Notes: generated from the letters alone by a model not told the origin. 64,000 nucleotides of DNA from Octopus sinensis (GCF_006345805.1 NC_043008.1:6820001-6884000), one strand, 5' to 3'; numbered from the stretch's first letter, positions 23,050 to 34,838 are shown. A program made the numbers and translations.

Positions 23050-24560
23050 TTGTGAGGGGAAATAATTTTGCAAACGGAAGAAATCGAATTTTAGTGCCTG
23101 GTATAAACTGCATCTATAATCGGCAAGATATCGCTCCAGTGAACTTGTTATTGGGAATTAATTGTTGCGGCATAATTTTGAACCTAGTGTTGCCGATGTA
23201 AGATATTTTATCAGAAAACCCGCAAAGGGCTGATTATAGTAAAGAGAATGATTATTAAAGATATCCCCGTTTACAGAGAGATTGGAAATTGCAATGGAAT
23301 TGCTTTCAATAACACCACTTCAGATAGATCTACGGTGGTTGGATTTAATATTTGATATATCGGAGGCATTAATTAGTTTTAAGAAGGGAAAATATGAGTG
23401 CGAATTTAAATCTAAAATAGCGTCAGGGAAATTAGCAACGTTAAAATTATTACCGAAAGCAATGAATAAATTATATTTACTGAAGAATTTATATTGAGAT
23501 TTGCTGTTACGTTGAAGGTTAGGGTTAGAATACGCAAGACAACGAACAATGTGTCGTCCCTGTAGAGATTCACTTCCAATTTTAGGAAAATGTGTATGGA
23601 GCTGATATTGATGGAATAAGCTAACCAAATCTGTAACTTGTGTGGAATCAAAAGATTTTATCCGAAATATAGAAGTAATTATTATTAGACGATCTACAGT
23701 ATAGTTTATTATTGAAAGAAATAAGAATTGCTCTGTCTGTTAGTATGACATCCATATTCAAAAGAAAGACAGAGAGAGTAAGAAATAGAGAGAGAGAGAA
23801 CGAAAGAGGAGAGATGCGTTGATTTTGTAGTGAATATGAAGGCTTTATTAAGTAAAGCTGTGGATGCAGAATAATAACTGTTAATGTCAAACTGTAAGGA
23901 GGTGGTATTGCTCTCTTAATAGGTTGAAGATGAATCTAAGTTGTTACTTCACCTGTATTACTCCAAAGGTTAAGCTTAAGTTTATCTTTAACAATTGGAA
24001 TAATCCTATGTAAAATAGTTTTATTAATACGATCAAGGTGGGTGCCAATGGGGCAAATAATTGTGATTGAAAGTTTAAGAAGGAAAACGGCCTTGGGTTC
24101 TCCGAACAGAAGTAAGGAGGTCGAGGTGTGTACGGTTCTGGCCTATTAGCTGCACCTAGTTTTCTAACATGTTCATAATGCTGATCATTAATATTCTTCG
24201 TGACAAACTTGTCAGCCGTTTTATGATTCTTATTAATTTTCTTAGTAATAAAGTCTTTATAAGCGTTTGAAGAAAGAGCGGACAGAATACCAGACTTGTC
24301 AGTGAAAACATGGATATTAAATGGTCGTGTAACCCGGGAATCAATTCTTGATCGTTCCTTCTAGTATGGGTACTTCGAAAATTTTATTTTCTTAATCATT
24401 TTCTGTACATCAGTTCAAAATTAACCGATAGAGAAGTTGGGTTTTTAGAAGGCTTTAAATTTAAGGAATTGTTCAGTCCTTGAATGTTTGAAACAACTGT
24501 AAAGACTGAATCAAATAATATATATTTTCTTATGCAACTTTTTTAGATAAATGATTTAAT
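23050..24560 (-). pseudogene. Penelope-like element reverse transcriptase fossil (~1.5 kb, multiple frameshifts)
   Basis: Ordered motifs across frames: FTDKSG..YKDFITKKINKNHKTA..INDQ..RKLG; LDRINK..KLKLNLWSNT; QFDINSYY..LLNKAF; NLYRDDTL (YRDD at 23553-23564); VANFPDAILDLNSHSYFPF..KSNH..ISNLSVNGDIFN..YYNQ..AGF. Confidence 0.88.
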
Positions 24561-25286
24561 GTTAATAAATGTGCTTGTCCCACTTTTGTCTTTTTATCAC
24601 ATACTGGATCTATACCTGTCGTACAGTCAGCTCTTGTTTTACGGGACAATTTTCACCATGACTAGGATGTTGGATTTTAAGACTCCAGGCAAGTCCGTCT
24701 ACTAATCCTGTGTCCATCTATCATGCGCGTACACTATCCACTTCTAACCCACAAGAGATGTATCTGTGTATGTTTAGAGCTCCACGTAGATCATCATTTT
24801 CCAGCCTGCTTGCTGTATAGTTGTTATGTAAATTCTATACTTAATAGCATTACTAGGACATAGTTATCTGTCACATAATGCAATGAACTGCTTCCTGATG
24901 GTTCGTTGTAGTTAAGCATCTAAATATACTCGGAACACCTAATATAGGGCCTCAAACAAACATAACTGTGAAATGCGCGTAGGGTCTATAAAATAAACCT
25001 GTGTTTATTCTTATTTCTACAACACACATACACAAACACACACACGTACGCATACACACACAGAATGACAGAGAGAGAGAGGCCCTCCCCCCACACACAT
25101 ACACACAGACAGACTCTCTTCCCACACGCATACACATCGTCCATGCCTATACAGTATATGAAATGATTGTTCCAGACGTGGCAGAAAGTTAACGTCAATT
25201 TATGACCGAGGTTTTTATTATACATCCGCTGATAACGATTTCCACTGTCATGTCACTCAAGAAAAACAGCCGTTAAAACTCCATTC

Positions 25287-25678
25287 ACTCTTTTACTCTT
25301 TTACTTGTTTCAGTCATTTGACTGTGGCCATGCTGGAACACCGCCTTTAGTCGAGCATATCGATCTCAGGACTTATTCTTTGTAAGACCAGTACTTATTC
25401 TATCGGTCTTTTTACCGATCCGCTAAGTTACGGGGACGTAAACACACCAGCATCGGTTGTCAAGCGATGTTGGGAGGGCGAACACAGACATACAAACACA
25501 CACACACACATATATATATATATACGACGGGCTTCTTTCAGTTTCCGTCTACCAAATCCACTCAGAAGGCTTTGGTCGGCCCGAGGCTATTGTAGAAGAC
25601 ACTTGCCCAAGGTGGCACCCTGTGGGACTGAACCCGGAACCATGTGGTTGGTAAGCAAGCTACTTACCACACAGCTAC
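25287..25678 (-). mobile_element. SINE-B full length
   Basis: Same architecture as 5730-6126. Confidence 0.92.
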
Positions 25679-26238
25679 ACCAGCAAAAAAATCATTTTTA
25701 TGTTTCTCAGTTGGTGCCCTCGTTTCCTAACGTCTGAACTCTCAACATGATCCCAGTTCAGACGCAGTAAAACCAAGAAGAACAGCATGAACACCCCATA
25801 ATCACATTCTCTCATTCTCTTACGAATCTAAACCATTATTCTGACATAGCAGATGATTCGTTCCAAGAATATTTCATCGCAAATACACTTACGTTAAGTA
25901 TCCAGTTTCATAAGTTGCAGGAAATTGTTTCTCAACTTATTTCCCGTTGTGAGTGCGCGTGCGTATTGTATATGTGTGTGAGTGCGCGTGCGTAGTGTGT
26001 GTGTAAAGGTTTGTAAATTTCTAAGTATGTATGTGTATAGTTAGTTTATTATGGGTGAGCTAAGTTTACCTTGTACCTTGTTTTTAGTTTAATATGTTTT
26101 TGTCTAAGTTCTCATTATCGATATTAATGTAGTTGTTATTGTTGTTTCTGCCAATGTTCTTGTTGTTATTGCTGTAGAAGTAGAGTTATTTCATTTATTA
26201 TAAGGTGTTGCTACTGCTTCTGCTGTTGCTGCTGCCAC

Positions 26239-26277
<39 letters not shown>

Positions 26278-26707
26278 CATCAATTGGAATTATACCGAAA
26301 ATTGGAATTTGATTGGATTTGTATTTGTTTTCTGACGTATGGTGACAGTCCGTATATTTATGCTCGCGCGTGTCTCTATGCACTTCTGTCTGCGCAATAC
26401 ACCCCACACATGCACACACAGACATATATATATATATATATATCCATATATGCATACATAGATACACATGTCTGTGTTCACATACACACATATATATACA
26501 TAGATACACATGTCTGTGTTCACATACACACATATATATATAGACACAGACATAAGACTCGATTTTAAGTAATGTCGTCGCTTGATTTTCATCTAAGAAC
26601 TTAAGCAGCACAGACGTGGATTTTCAGATCAATTAAGGACTTACATGCAGTTGCTGAGATGCGCCATCAATGGGCGCCTGTTGCAGTTGGTGTTATAATA
26701 TTGCTTT

Positions 26708-26989
26708 GTGGAGTCGCAATGGCCCAGTGGTTAGGGCAGCAGACTCGCGGTCTTAGGATCGCGGTTTCAATTGTGAATGTTTGAGCGAAAACACCTAAAG
26801 CTCCACGACACTCTGGTAAGTGAACCCTGCTGTACTCTTTCACCAGAACTTTCTCTCCCTCTTTCTTCTTTTTCTGTTGTACCTGTATTTCAAAGGGCCA
26901 AGCCTTGTCACACTCTGTCGCACGCTGAAACTCCCCGAGAACTACGTTAAAGGTATACGTGTCTGTATACGTAGTTCTCAGGGAGTTTC
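26708..26989 (+). mobile_element. SINE-C-headed element with a different (non-V) body, ending in a fold-back
   Basis: Head TGGCCCAGTGGTTAGGGCAGCAGACTCGCGG..GAGCGAAAACACCTAAAGCTCC is shared with 22708 and 41244. The body continues CCTGTATTTCAAAGGGCCAAGCCTTGTCACAC instead. Confidence 0.8.
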
Positions 26990-27216
26990 TTAATTCATTC
27001 TGCTAAACCTCCATAGCAATTCAATGTATATAAAAGCATTTTACTGCATTTTTGTAATTAAATATTATCAGGAAAACAAAGAGAGGCATTGTAGGAGTAT
27101 AAGTAATTTATTACGCACATATTTTAACAATGGAGGTGCCACCACCTCCACTATCACCACCACCATAATCGCCATTACCAAAAATAACTATAGCAAAAAT
27201 ATGAACAATATTAACA

Positions 27217-27352
27217 AGTTAAATTTCGTCGAAGTCGTCTTTGCCTTTCATCCTTTTGTGGTTGATAAATTAAGTACCAGTTGCATGCTGAGGTCGATCT
27301 AATCGACTGAGCCCTTGCCCCCAAATTTCGGGCCTTGTATCTAGGGTAGAAT
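27217..27352 (+). mobile_element. 5'-truncated SINE-A short-tail monomer
   Basis: Core TTGCCTTTCATCCTTTTGTGGTTGATAAATTAAGTACCAG and tail AAATTTCGGGCCTTGTATCTAGGGTAGAA. Confidence 0.85.
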
Positions 27353-27361
27353 AGAATATAA

Positions 27362-27938
27362 GACGGCGAGCTGGCAGAAACGTTAGCACGCCGGGCGAAA
27401 TGCTCAGCGGTATTTCGTCTGTCTTTATGTTCTGAGTTCAAATTCCGCCGAGGTCCACTTTGCCTTTCATACTTTCGGGGTCGATTAAATAAGTACCAGT
27501 TACGCACTGGGGTTGATGTAATCGACTTAATCCGTTTGTCTGTCCTTGTTTGTCCTCTCTGTGTTTAGCCCCTTGTGGGCAGTAAAAAAATAGGTATTTT
27601 CGTCTGTCTTTATGTTCTGAGTTCAAATTCCGCCGAGGTCCACTTTGCCTTTCATCCTTTCGGGGTCGATTAAATAAGTACCAGTTACGCACTGGGGTTG
27701 ATGTAATCGACTTAATCCGTTTGTCTGTCCTTGTTTGTCCTCTCTGTGTTTAGCCCCTTGTGGGCAGTAAAAAAATAGGTATTTTCGTCTGTCTTTATGT
27801 TCTGAGTTCAAATTCCGCCGAGGTCAACTTTGCCTTTCATCCTTTCGGGGACAATAAATTAAGTACCAGTTGCATACTGGGGTCGATCTAATCGACTGGA
27901 ACCCCTCCCCCAAAATTTCGGGCCTTTAGAGTAGAAGA
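27362..27938 (+). mobile_element. SINE-A trimer (two long-tail units + short-tail unit)
   Basis: Units start at GGTATTT 27409, 27593 and 27778 (periods 184, 185). Units 1 and 2 are nearly identical. Confidence 0.95.
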
Positions 27939-28580
27939 GAATATCAACAACAAATCTCAATTCTACCACCATTACTAACAACGATGGGAACAGCAACAGT
28001 ATTGCCAGCTTCACCATAACTACCACCACCACCTGTACTACTGGCACCGATACTAGCAGAAGTCACTGCACCTATTCCAACAACAGCAACACTAACATTA
28101 ACTACAACTACAACAACAACAACAATAACAACAGAGCAGGAAAGAAGCTGAAAATCAATTTGCGTATGTGTGAAAGTAATAACCGTTGAAGCAGATTGGA
28201 AAGAATTGTGGAGAGTTTCTGAAGAAATATATATATATACACACCGGAGTAAATAATCATTTATAATCTTTTAAGACGATAGAACACAGACACACGTGTC
28301 TGGAATTTCTTCACGTCGAAGACAAACAAGACAACTGTAAATGGTGTGGGTGTTTGAGTAAACAGTTTGGTGCTAATGTTGGTCTGAAGACAGCAGACAA
28401 GGAAGTGTAAAAGACTTGAGTAAAGGGTAATGGTGAGAGGAAAAAGCGGAGAGAGGAAACTAGCCAGCTACCTACAGTTACATGCATACATACATACATA
28501 CATACATACATACATACATACATACATGCATACATGCATACATACATACATACATACATACATACATACATACATACATA

Positions 28581-28618
<38 letters not shown>

Positions 28619-28627
28619 ATATATATA

Positions 28628-28699
<72 letters not shown>

Positions 28700-28918
28700 C
28701 ATGCATATGTATATGTATGCATACATATGCGTGTAGTATATAAATATATATATGCAGGTATTTATGTATTTATAGATTCCATTCTAGAATTATTGTTAAT
28801 ATTATATGCAGATATATATATATATATTATATATATATATATATATACGCACACATATATGCACGCGCGCACACACATGCACAAACACATATATATCTAT
28901 ATTATCTGTGTGTGTATG

Positions 28919-28962
<44 letters not shown>

Positions 28963-28964
28963 GA

Positions 28965-29036
<72 letters not shown>

Positions 29037-29761
29037 AGAGAGAGATGCATGCATGTACATATATTAGAATGTGTTCGTTGAAACACGGACAAGAACCAGA
29101 ATCTTTGTGACAGAACCCGCCGACGCTTATACAGGAAAGTTTTATGAAATCTATTTACTTTGTTCAGACAAAGAAATCGCTTGTTTCGCTCATTGCGCTT
29201 CTGAAATCGCTTTGAGGCGCTCACCGGGATGGTGTCGCATCGCATCAAAATTATATTTACACACACGTACGTACGTACGTACGTCCATCCATGAATATGC
29301 ATGCACACACACACAAACATGTACGTATATGAGCACTTGTGAATGTATTTGCATACGCGTGAATTTAGAGACGTAAGTACGCAGTGTAGAACCATCCAGA
29401 TGGTCTAAACCTGAAGCCAGTGGTAAGCAGCATGCTCGGTCCTAAAGTCATGGTAGATTTAATATTCTAGAAGTGCGACATTGACTACGTAATAGAGAGC
29501 AGAGACGAAGAACTCAATATATATATATATATATATATATATCTTTTGTCGATGCCTTCCAAAACTGCGTCGACCAAGGGGCTGCTGTAGACGAGTTTGG
29601 GGTTAACGGACTTGATTTAACGGAAGCTAAATGCAACGGAAGTTACGGGAATTAGTCCCAAAATGATTTTCAAAGTTAACTTAAAAGTTAACCGTTAACC
29701 CAAATGTTAACTTCGTTAATTAATGATTAACGACTTACACCGAGCTGTGTGTGTGTATACA

Positions 29762-29851
<90 letters not shown>

Positions 29852-29854
29852 TAT

Positions 29855-29947
<93 letters not shown>

Positions 29948-30299
29948 TGTGTGTGTATATATATATATATCCGTATTCATATATATATACACATATACAC
30001 AAGTATATACACGTGGGAACGCACATATAATCTAATTGATTATCGTGGCAGACGCACGTGGATTATTCCAGATTAACAACTTATAAACGTTTCTTTATTA
30101 AACTTCACAACCCTGTATCATCTTTACATCCCACGTTTAAAACCCAATTTAAGTCTACTAAATAATTTAATCCGTTTTAATATTACTTCATAAAAATAAT
30201 TACCCTTCTGTAAACGCTTCCAAATTCTTTCATATAAATTAACGACCTGTTCTCATATTTCTTCCAAGTCGAACCTACTTTTAATACTTTTCATATATC

Positions 30300-30520
30300 T
30301 TTCCATTTAACTGGTCGCCATATTCTATTTCTATTTTATGTTAAATCCATTGTCTTCATATCATGTAATAATATATATTTCTAGCTTGTATCTCAATGTT
30401 TTCGCAAACTATCTTTTTTTTTTAATTTAAGGTCTAATTAATGTACTCTTTGATTAAACAATTTCATTAGTTCAACATTCCATAAATTGTTTACTAATCC
30501 CTTTTAGTTTCAAACGGAAA
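30300..30520 (-). pseudogene. Possible Penelope GIY-YIG C-terminal fossil
   Basis: Minus frame DTS*KIYII..EDNGFNIK*K resembles PLE T.L.KYIW.LKD...FNIKWK, with TAG in place of TGG. Confidence 0.35.
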
Positions 30521-30807
30521 CATTATCAATATGACTAAAACACCTAACAATCATTACTATTTTAAAATACTCATGTTTAATACTTTTTCGTACTCGATAC
30601 CCAAATGCTAAGATTCTTTGAACGAAAACAATGAGGAACAATGCAATCCTAACAAATACATTGAGTTCAAATCGTTTTTAATAGGTATTTACACACACAG
30701 ATACAAAATACTCACATGCATATTTAAACACATACACATGTATATATATATATATTGCATATATTTTTTGTGTATTGTATATATATATGTATATATTTAT
30801 ATATATA

Positions 30808-30846
<39 letters not shown>

Positions 30847-31019
30847 ATACATATATATGGGACTGGGACCTGGGACCTTGAAGACTGCTATAACGCACGA
30901 AAGTATACTAGTCCCCTAATATTTATTTTCAACATTTCTTCTATTCAATAAAACATAAAAACAGACAAAGTTGGAATTTTTTGAATAATATATATCCCTC
31001 TATACACAATCATACAAAA

Positions 31020-31098
<79 letters not shown>

Positions 31099-32134
31099 GT
31101 ATATATATATATGTATTGTATACATATATATAGTATTGCATACATATATATATATATGTATATATATATGTAATATATATATATAATATATTTTCACTAA
31201 CCATGTTTTGTAACGAACAGTGTTCTTTAAGATTTATTTGATAACCCATCTAAGTCTTTATGCGTCGTTTACCAAGAACCGCAATCTTTTTGTACAGATC
31301 AAGCAGTTAAGTTTGTACTTTTATATTTTTCTCGTAAGCAAAATTAATTCACCGTTCTCAAATATTTATAGCCTATAATTAACCCCCCCCTCTCGCTTTA
31401 CCCCCTCCGTCAATATAAACGCTTCTGGTAGAAGAAGCTTTTTTATTTATCTATTTATACATGATCTTCTTTTTATTCAAAACACACAACTTGTTCTTGA
31501 TCCTAATTCTACTCTACTTAAAATATGCTCAACCACGGCAAAACACTGTTTAACTTAATAATACTGCTGTTTAATCTATAAACATTACTCGAAATAACAA
31601 CTGTCACTTTACGTACATGCATGTTATTGATGTGACACCATCTTGTATAAATATAAAATGGCTGTTTTTTCTTTCTTTTAACGTGCACGTTTTATGTTTA
31701 TTGATCTACACACCTTACCAAATATTGCTTCTGCATGCATGAATACGAAGAGGCTCTCTTATACCTAATACGTTCATCTGCAGTCTCTCTCTCTCTCTCT
31801 TTTTTTTTTATTTTAGAAAGGTGTTATGTATGTACGGTTACACGAGTACATTTCTCTCCAAGCATATTTCCTAATGAAATACCTCCTCTGAAGTTAGAAA
31901 CGTTGTGTTTCTCACGGGAGATGTCTACTCCAGTTAATTTTTACACACTATCTATCGAATATCGCTTTCTGCTGTTGTTGTTTTTTTCTGATTCATAATA
32001 ATTTTTAGGCAAAATGAAACCGCTTTCCTATTTGTAAAACATAAAATTACATTTTAAAGTATATTCGTTTTTTTACACCTCTAGATGAAAGCGTTCAAAT
32101 ATATTTTGATTAAAAGATATTATTGGTGTAGGAC

Positions 32135-32298
32135 GCAGGCGTTTCAGTGTGGTGAGAAGTTTGCTTCCCAGCCACATAATTCTGGGTTCAGTCCCACTGC
32201 GTGGAACCTTGGGCAAGTGTCTTCTACAATTACCACGGGTCGACCAAAACCTTGTGATTGGATATGGTAGATGGAAACTGAAAGAAACCCGTCGTATA
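32135..32298 (+). mobile_element. SINE-B 5' half
   Basis: GCAGGCG..GGGTTCAGTCCCACTGCGTGGAACCTTGGGCAAGTGTCTTC..AAAGAAACCCGTCGTATA. Confidence 0.9.
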
Positions 32299-32356
32299 CA
32301 ACACACACACACACACACACATACATACATACATAATACATACTACATACATACAT

Positions 32357-32416
<60 letters not shown>

Positions 32417-32427
32417 TCTATGATATA

Positions 32428-32545
32428 TATACGACGGGTTTCTTTGAAGGGTCTTTTCTGTGTGTTTATTTGTCCTGTTCTCCATTTGTTTTCGTTGTTT
32501 ACGTATTTCATGTTATTTGCACCGTTGGTGATGTCCTGTACCCAT
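32428..32545 (-). mobile_element. Unclassified insert inside the SINE-B microsatellite, sharing the AAAGAAACCCGTCGTATA terminus
   Basis: The 18-bp end is the exact reverse complement of 32281-32298. The rest is unrelated to SINE-B. Confidence 0.5.
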
Positions 32546-32589
32546 ATATGCATATATAATATATACATTATATGTGTCTGTGTCTATGC

Positions 32590-32805
32590 TTGTCTCCTAC
32601 CACTGTTTGACAACCGATGTTGGTGCGTTTACTTCCCCGCAACGTAGCAGTTTGGTGAAAGAACCAATAGTGAAAGCACCAGACTTGAAAAATATATAAG
32701 TACTGTTGGTGGTGGTGGTGGAGGTCGGTCGATAAGTTTGACTAAAAATTCTTCAACGCCGCACCTCACATATTTGCAGTCGATTGACTGAATCAGGTAA
32801 AAGCT
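32590..32805 (+). mobile_element. Degenerate SINE-B 3' module
   Basis: TTTGACAACCGATGTTGGTGCGTTTACTTCCCCGCAAC..GGTCGATAAGTTTGACT..GCAGTCGATTGACTGAA. Confidence 0.7.
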
Positions 32806-32934
32806 TTAAAAGTAGACACGTGTTAGTGTACAACTGAATTCAAAGACAACGGTTTATGGTAGCTACAGAAAATGGTTGTTTGCTTTTAACTATAACTTCA
32901 CCATCTGCAGACTTTGGTGCCCTCAATGCTATTT

Positions 32935-33215
32935 CGTAAGATTTTCATGATAAGAATTCCAACGCATGCGCGGACCGTTCTCTCGATATTTCTAGGCTCT
33001 CTACCTTGTACCCAATCTCTCACTTTCACTTTTCTCCCACTCTCTCCTCTTCTCTCCATCCCTTTATACCTCTTTGTTTCTCACCTTCGTATTCTTTACT
33101 TCTACCACACTTCACTTTTTTACCCCTGTTTTTTTTTTCTGATGAAGGACTCTATATCCAAAACATCAAAGCCCTTTTTCGTTTCTTTTCCTTTTCAAGC
33201 ACGAAATAAAATAAT
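32935..33215 (+). mobile_element. Penelope-like element 3' end / pseudo-LTR
   Basis: An ORF-end-like SIFLGSL..TFTF (cf. LIF.LGTL.P.GLN..F), a pyrimidine-rich tract, a hammerhead-like motif, then AATAAA at 33205-33210. Confidence 0.65.
33135..33171 (+). ncRNA. Minimal type I hammerhead ribozyme relic
   Basis: TTTT-CTGATGA-A-GGA(CTCTATA)TCC-AAAAC-ATC-AAAG. Stem I is TTTT/AAAG and stem II is GGA/TCC. Two G>A changes at CpGs separate it from CCGAAACGTC. Confidence 0.65.
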
Positions 33216-33338
33216 ACTTCTGTGAAAACTTGTCCCTTTTGCTGTGTGCTTTTATATTTATTTATGCGTGAGTGTGGTTATATGTATACAAACATTTCCA
33301 TACATATTTATATACACAAACATATACACAATCCCCAT

Positions 33339-33383
<45 letters not shown>

Positions 33384-33414
33384 AATATGTATATATATTA
33401 TATATAAATAATAT

Positions 33415-33445
<31 letters not shown>

Positions 33446-33547
33446 AATATATATATATGTATATAGATATACTATATATATATGTGTATATATGTATATA
33501 TATGTATAATATATATATAATATGTGTATATATATATAATATGTGTG

Positions 33548-33632
<85 letters not shown>

Positions 33633-34416
33633 CACACGCACACACACACACACACATAATATATTATATAATATATATATATATGTATGTATTTATATAT
33701 ATGTATATATTCACGCTTAATCTAAGCGTTTTTCATTGACGAAATTTTGCAATTTTTCTTTTAACGTATAAAATTATTCCGCTATTTATATACATTATCA
33801 ATATGTAAATAAGGTGTATAGCTAATACATTTAGATTAGAATATTAAAGTTATGTAGACACTATTATTTTTTTTTTCATACAAAAAATAACTTTTCAATT
33901 AAATAATCTAACTTTTATGAATCTATAACTTACATTTTAAAAATGTTTAGACATTATACCAAAATAGCCGAACCTTACATTTGTAATAGAAATGTTTCTT
34001 GGTTTGTTTTCTTTAATAATATTGGTTACTAAAAAACACTATTATTTTTAAATTGCTGTAATAATCTCATAAACTAATTTCATATAAAGTTAGAATAATT
34101 TATATAATCTCATATAGAGGAAAATTTCTCCAGACACACTAACAAAATGTTCTTCCATAGTTGATCCATTCTATTATTTCACTTCTTCTCTCCGGCCATT
34201 ATTTGTCAATTATTCTTAGACTAGTTCTATTGATTCGTTCTTTATTATTTTAGTCTGTAAATCTTCTTCCACCATTGCATAGTCTCAGCTTCTCTCTCTC
34301 TCAGACAAATATCTAGTCTCACACGACAGTGTAAAAAGTGGCACTAGGTGAAATTTCAAAGCATCAATATCAGTCGACGCATAAAAATTAAAATTTTGTG
34401 GAGGGAGTTAAATATG

Positions 34417-34458
<42 letters not shown>

Positions 34459-34461
<3 letters not shown>

Positions 34462-34838
34462 TCTTTTACTTCTTTCAGTCATTTGACTGCGGCTATGCTG
34501 GAGCACTGCCTTTACTCGAGCAAATCGACCCCAGGACTTATTCTTTGTAAGCCTAGTACTTATGCTATCGGTCTCTTTTGGCCGAACCGCTAAGTTACGG
34601 GGACGTAAACATACCAGCATCGGTTTTCAAGCGATGTTGGGGGACAAACACAGACACACAAACACACATATATATATACATACACATATATACGACGGGC
34701 TTCTTTCAGTTTCCGTCTACTAAATGCACTCACTACGAGGCTATAGTAGAAGACACTTACCCAAAGTGCCACGCAGTGGGACTGAACCCGGAGCCATGTG
34801 GTTGGTAAGCAAGTTACTTACCATACAGCCACACCTGC
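34459..34838 (-). mobile_element. SINE-B with small internal deletion
   Basis: B architecture. Lacks about 20 bp around AAGGCTTTGGTCGGCCC. Confidence 0.9.

Larger units (their letters stand above)
22424..23055 (+). mobile_element. Old SINE-B 5' half split by two later insertions
   Basis: The pieces CAGCTGTGTGGTTAAGGAGTTTG / CGATCCCAGTATGTGGCAC / TTTAGGCCGACTAAATCATTGTGAG reassemble into the B head consensus once the inserts are removed. Confidence 0.7.

Noticed and set aside
25731-25764. Perfect 10-bp hairpin CGTCTGAACT/AGTTCAGACG
   Set aside because: About one such stem is expected by chance in 64 kb (64000 x ~20 loop sizes / 4^10).
27409-27938. Regularly spaced repeats as a CRISPR-like array
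   Set aside because: The units are 184 bp with identical rather than unique spacers, in eukaryotic SINE context.
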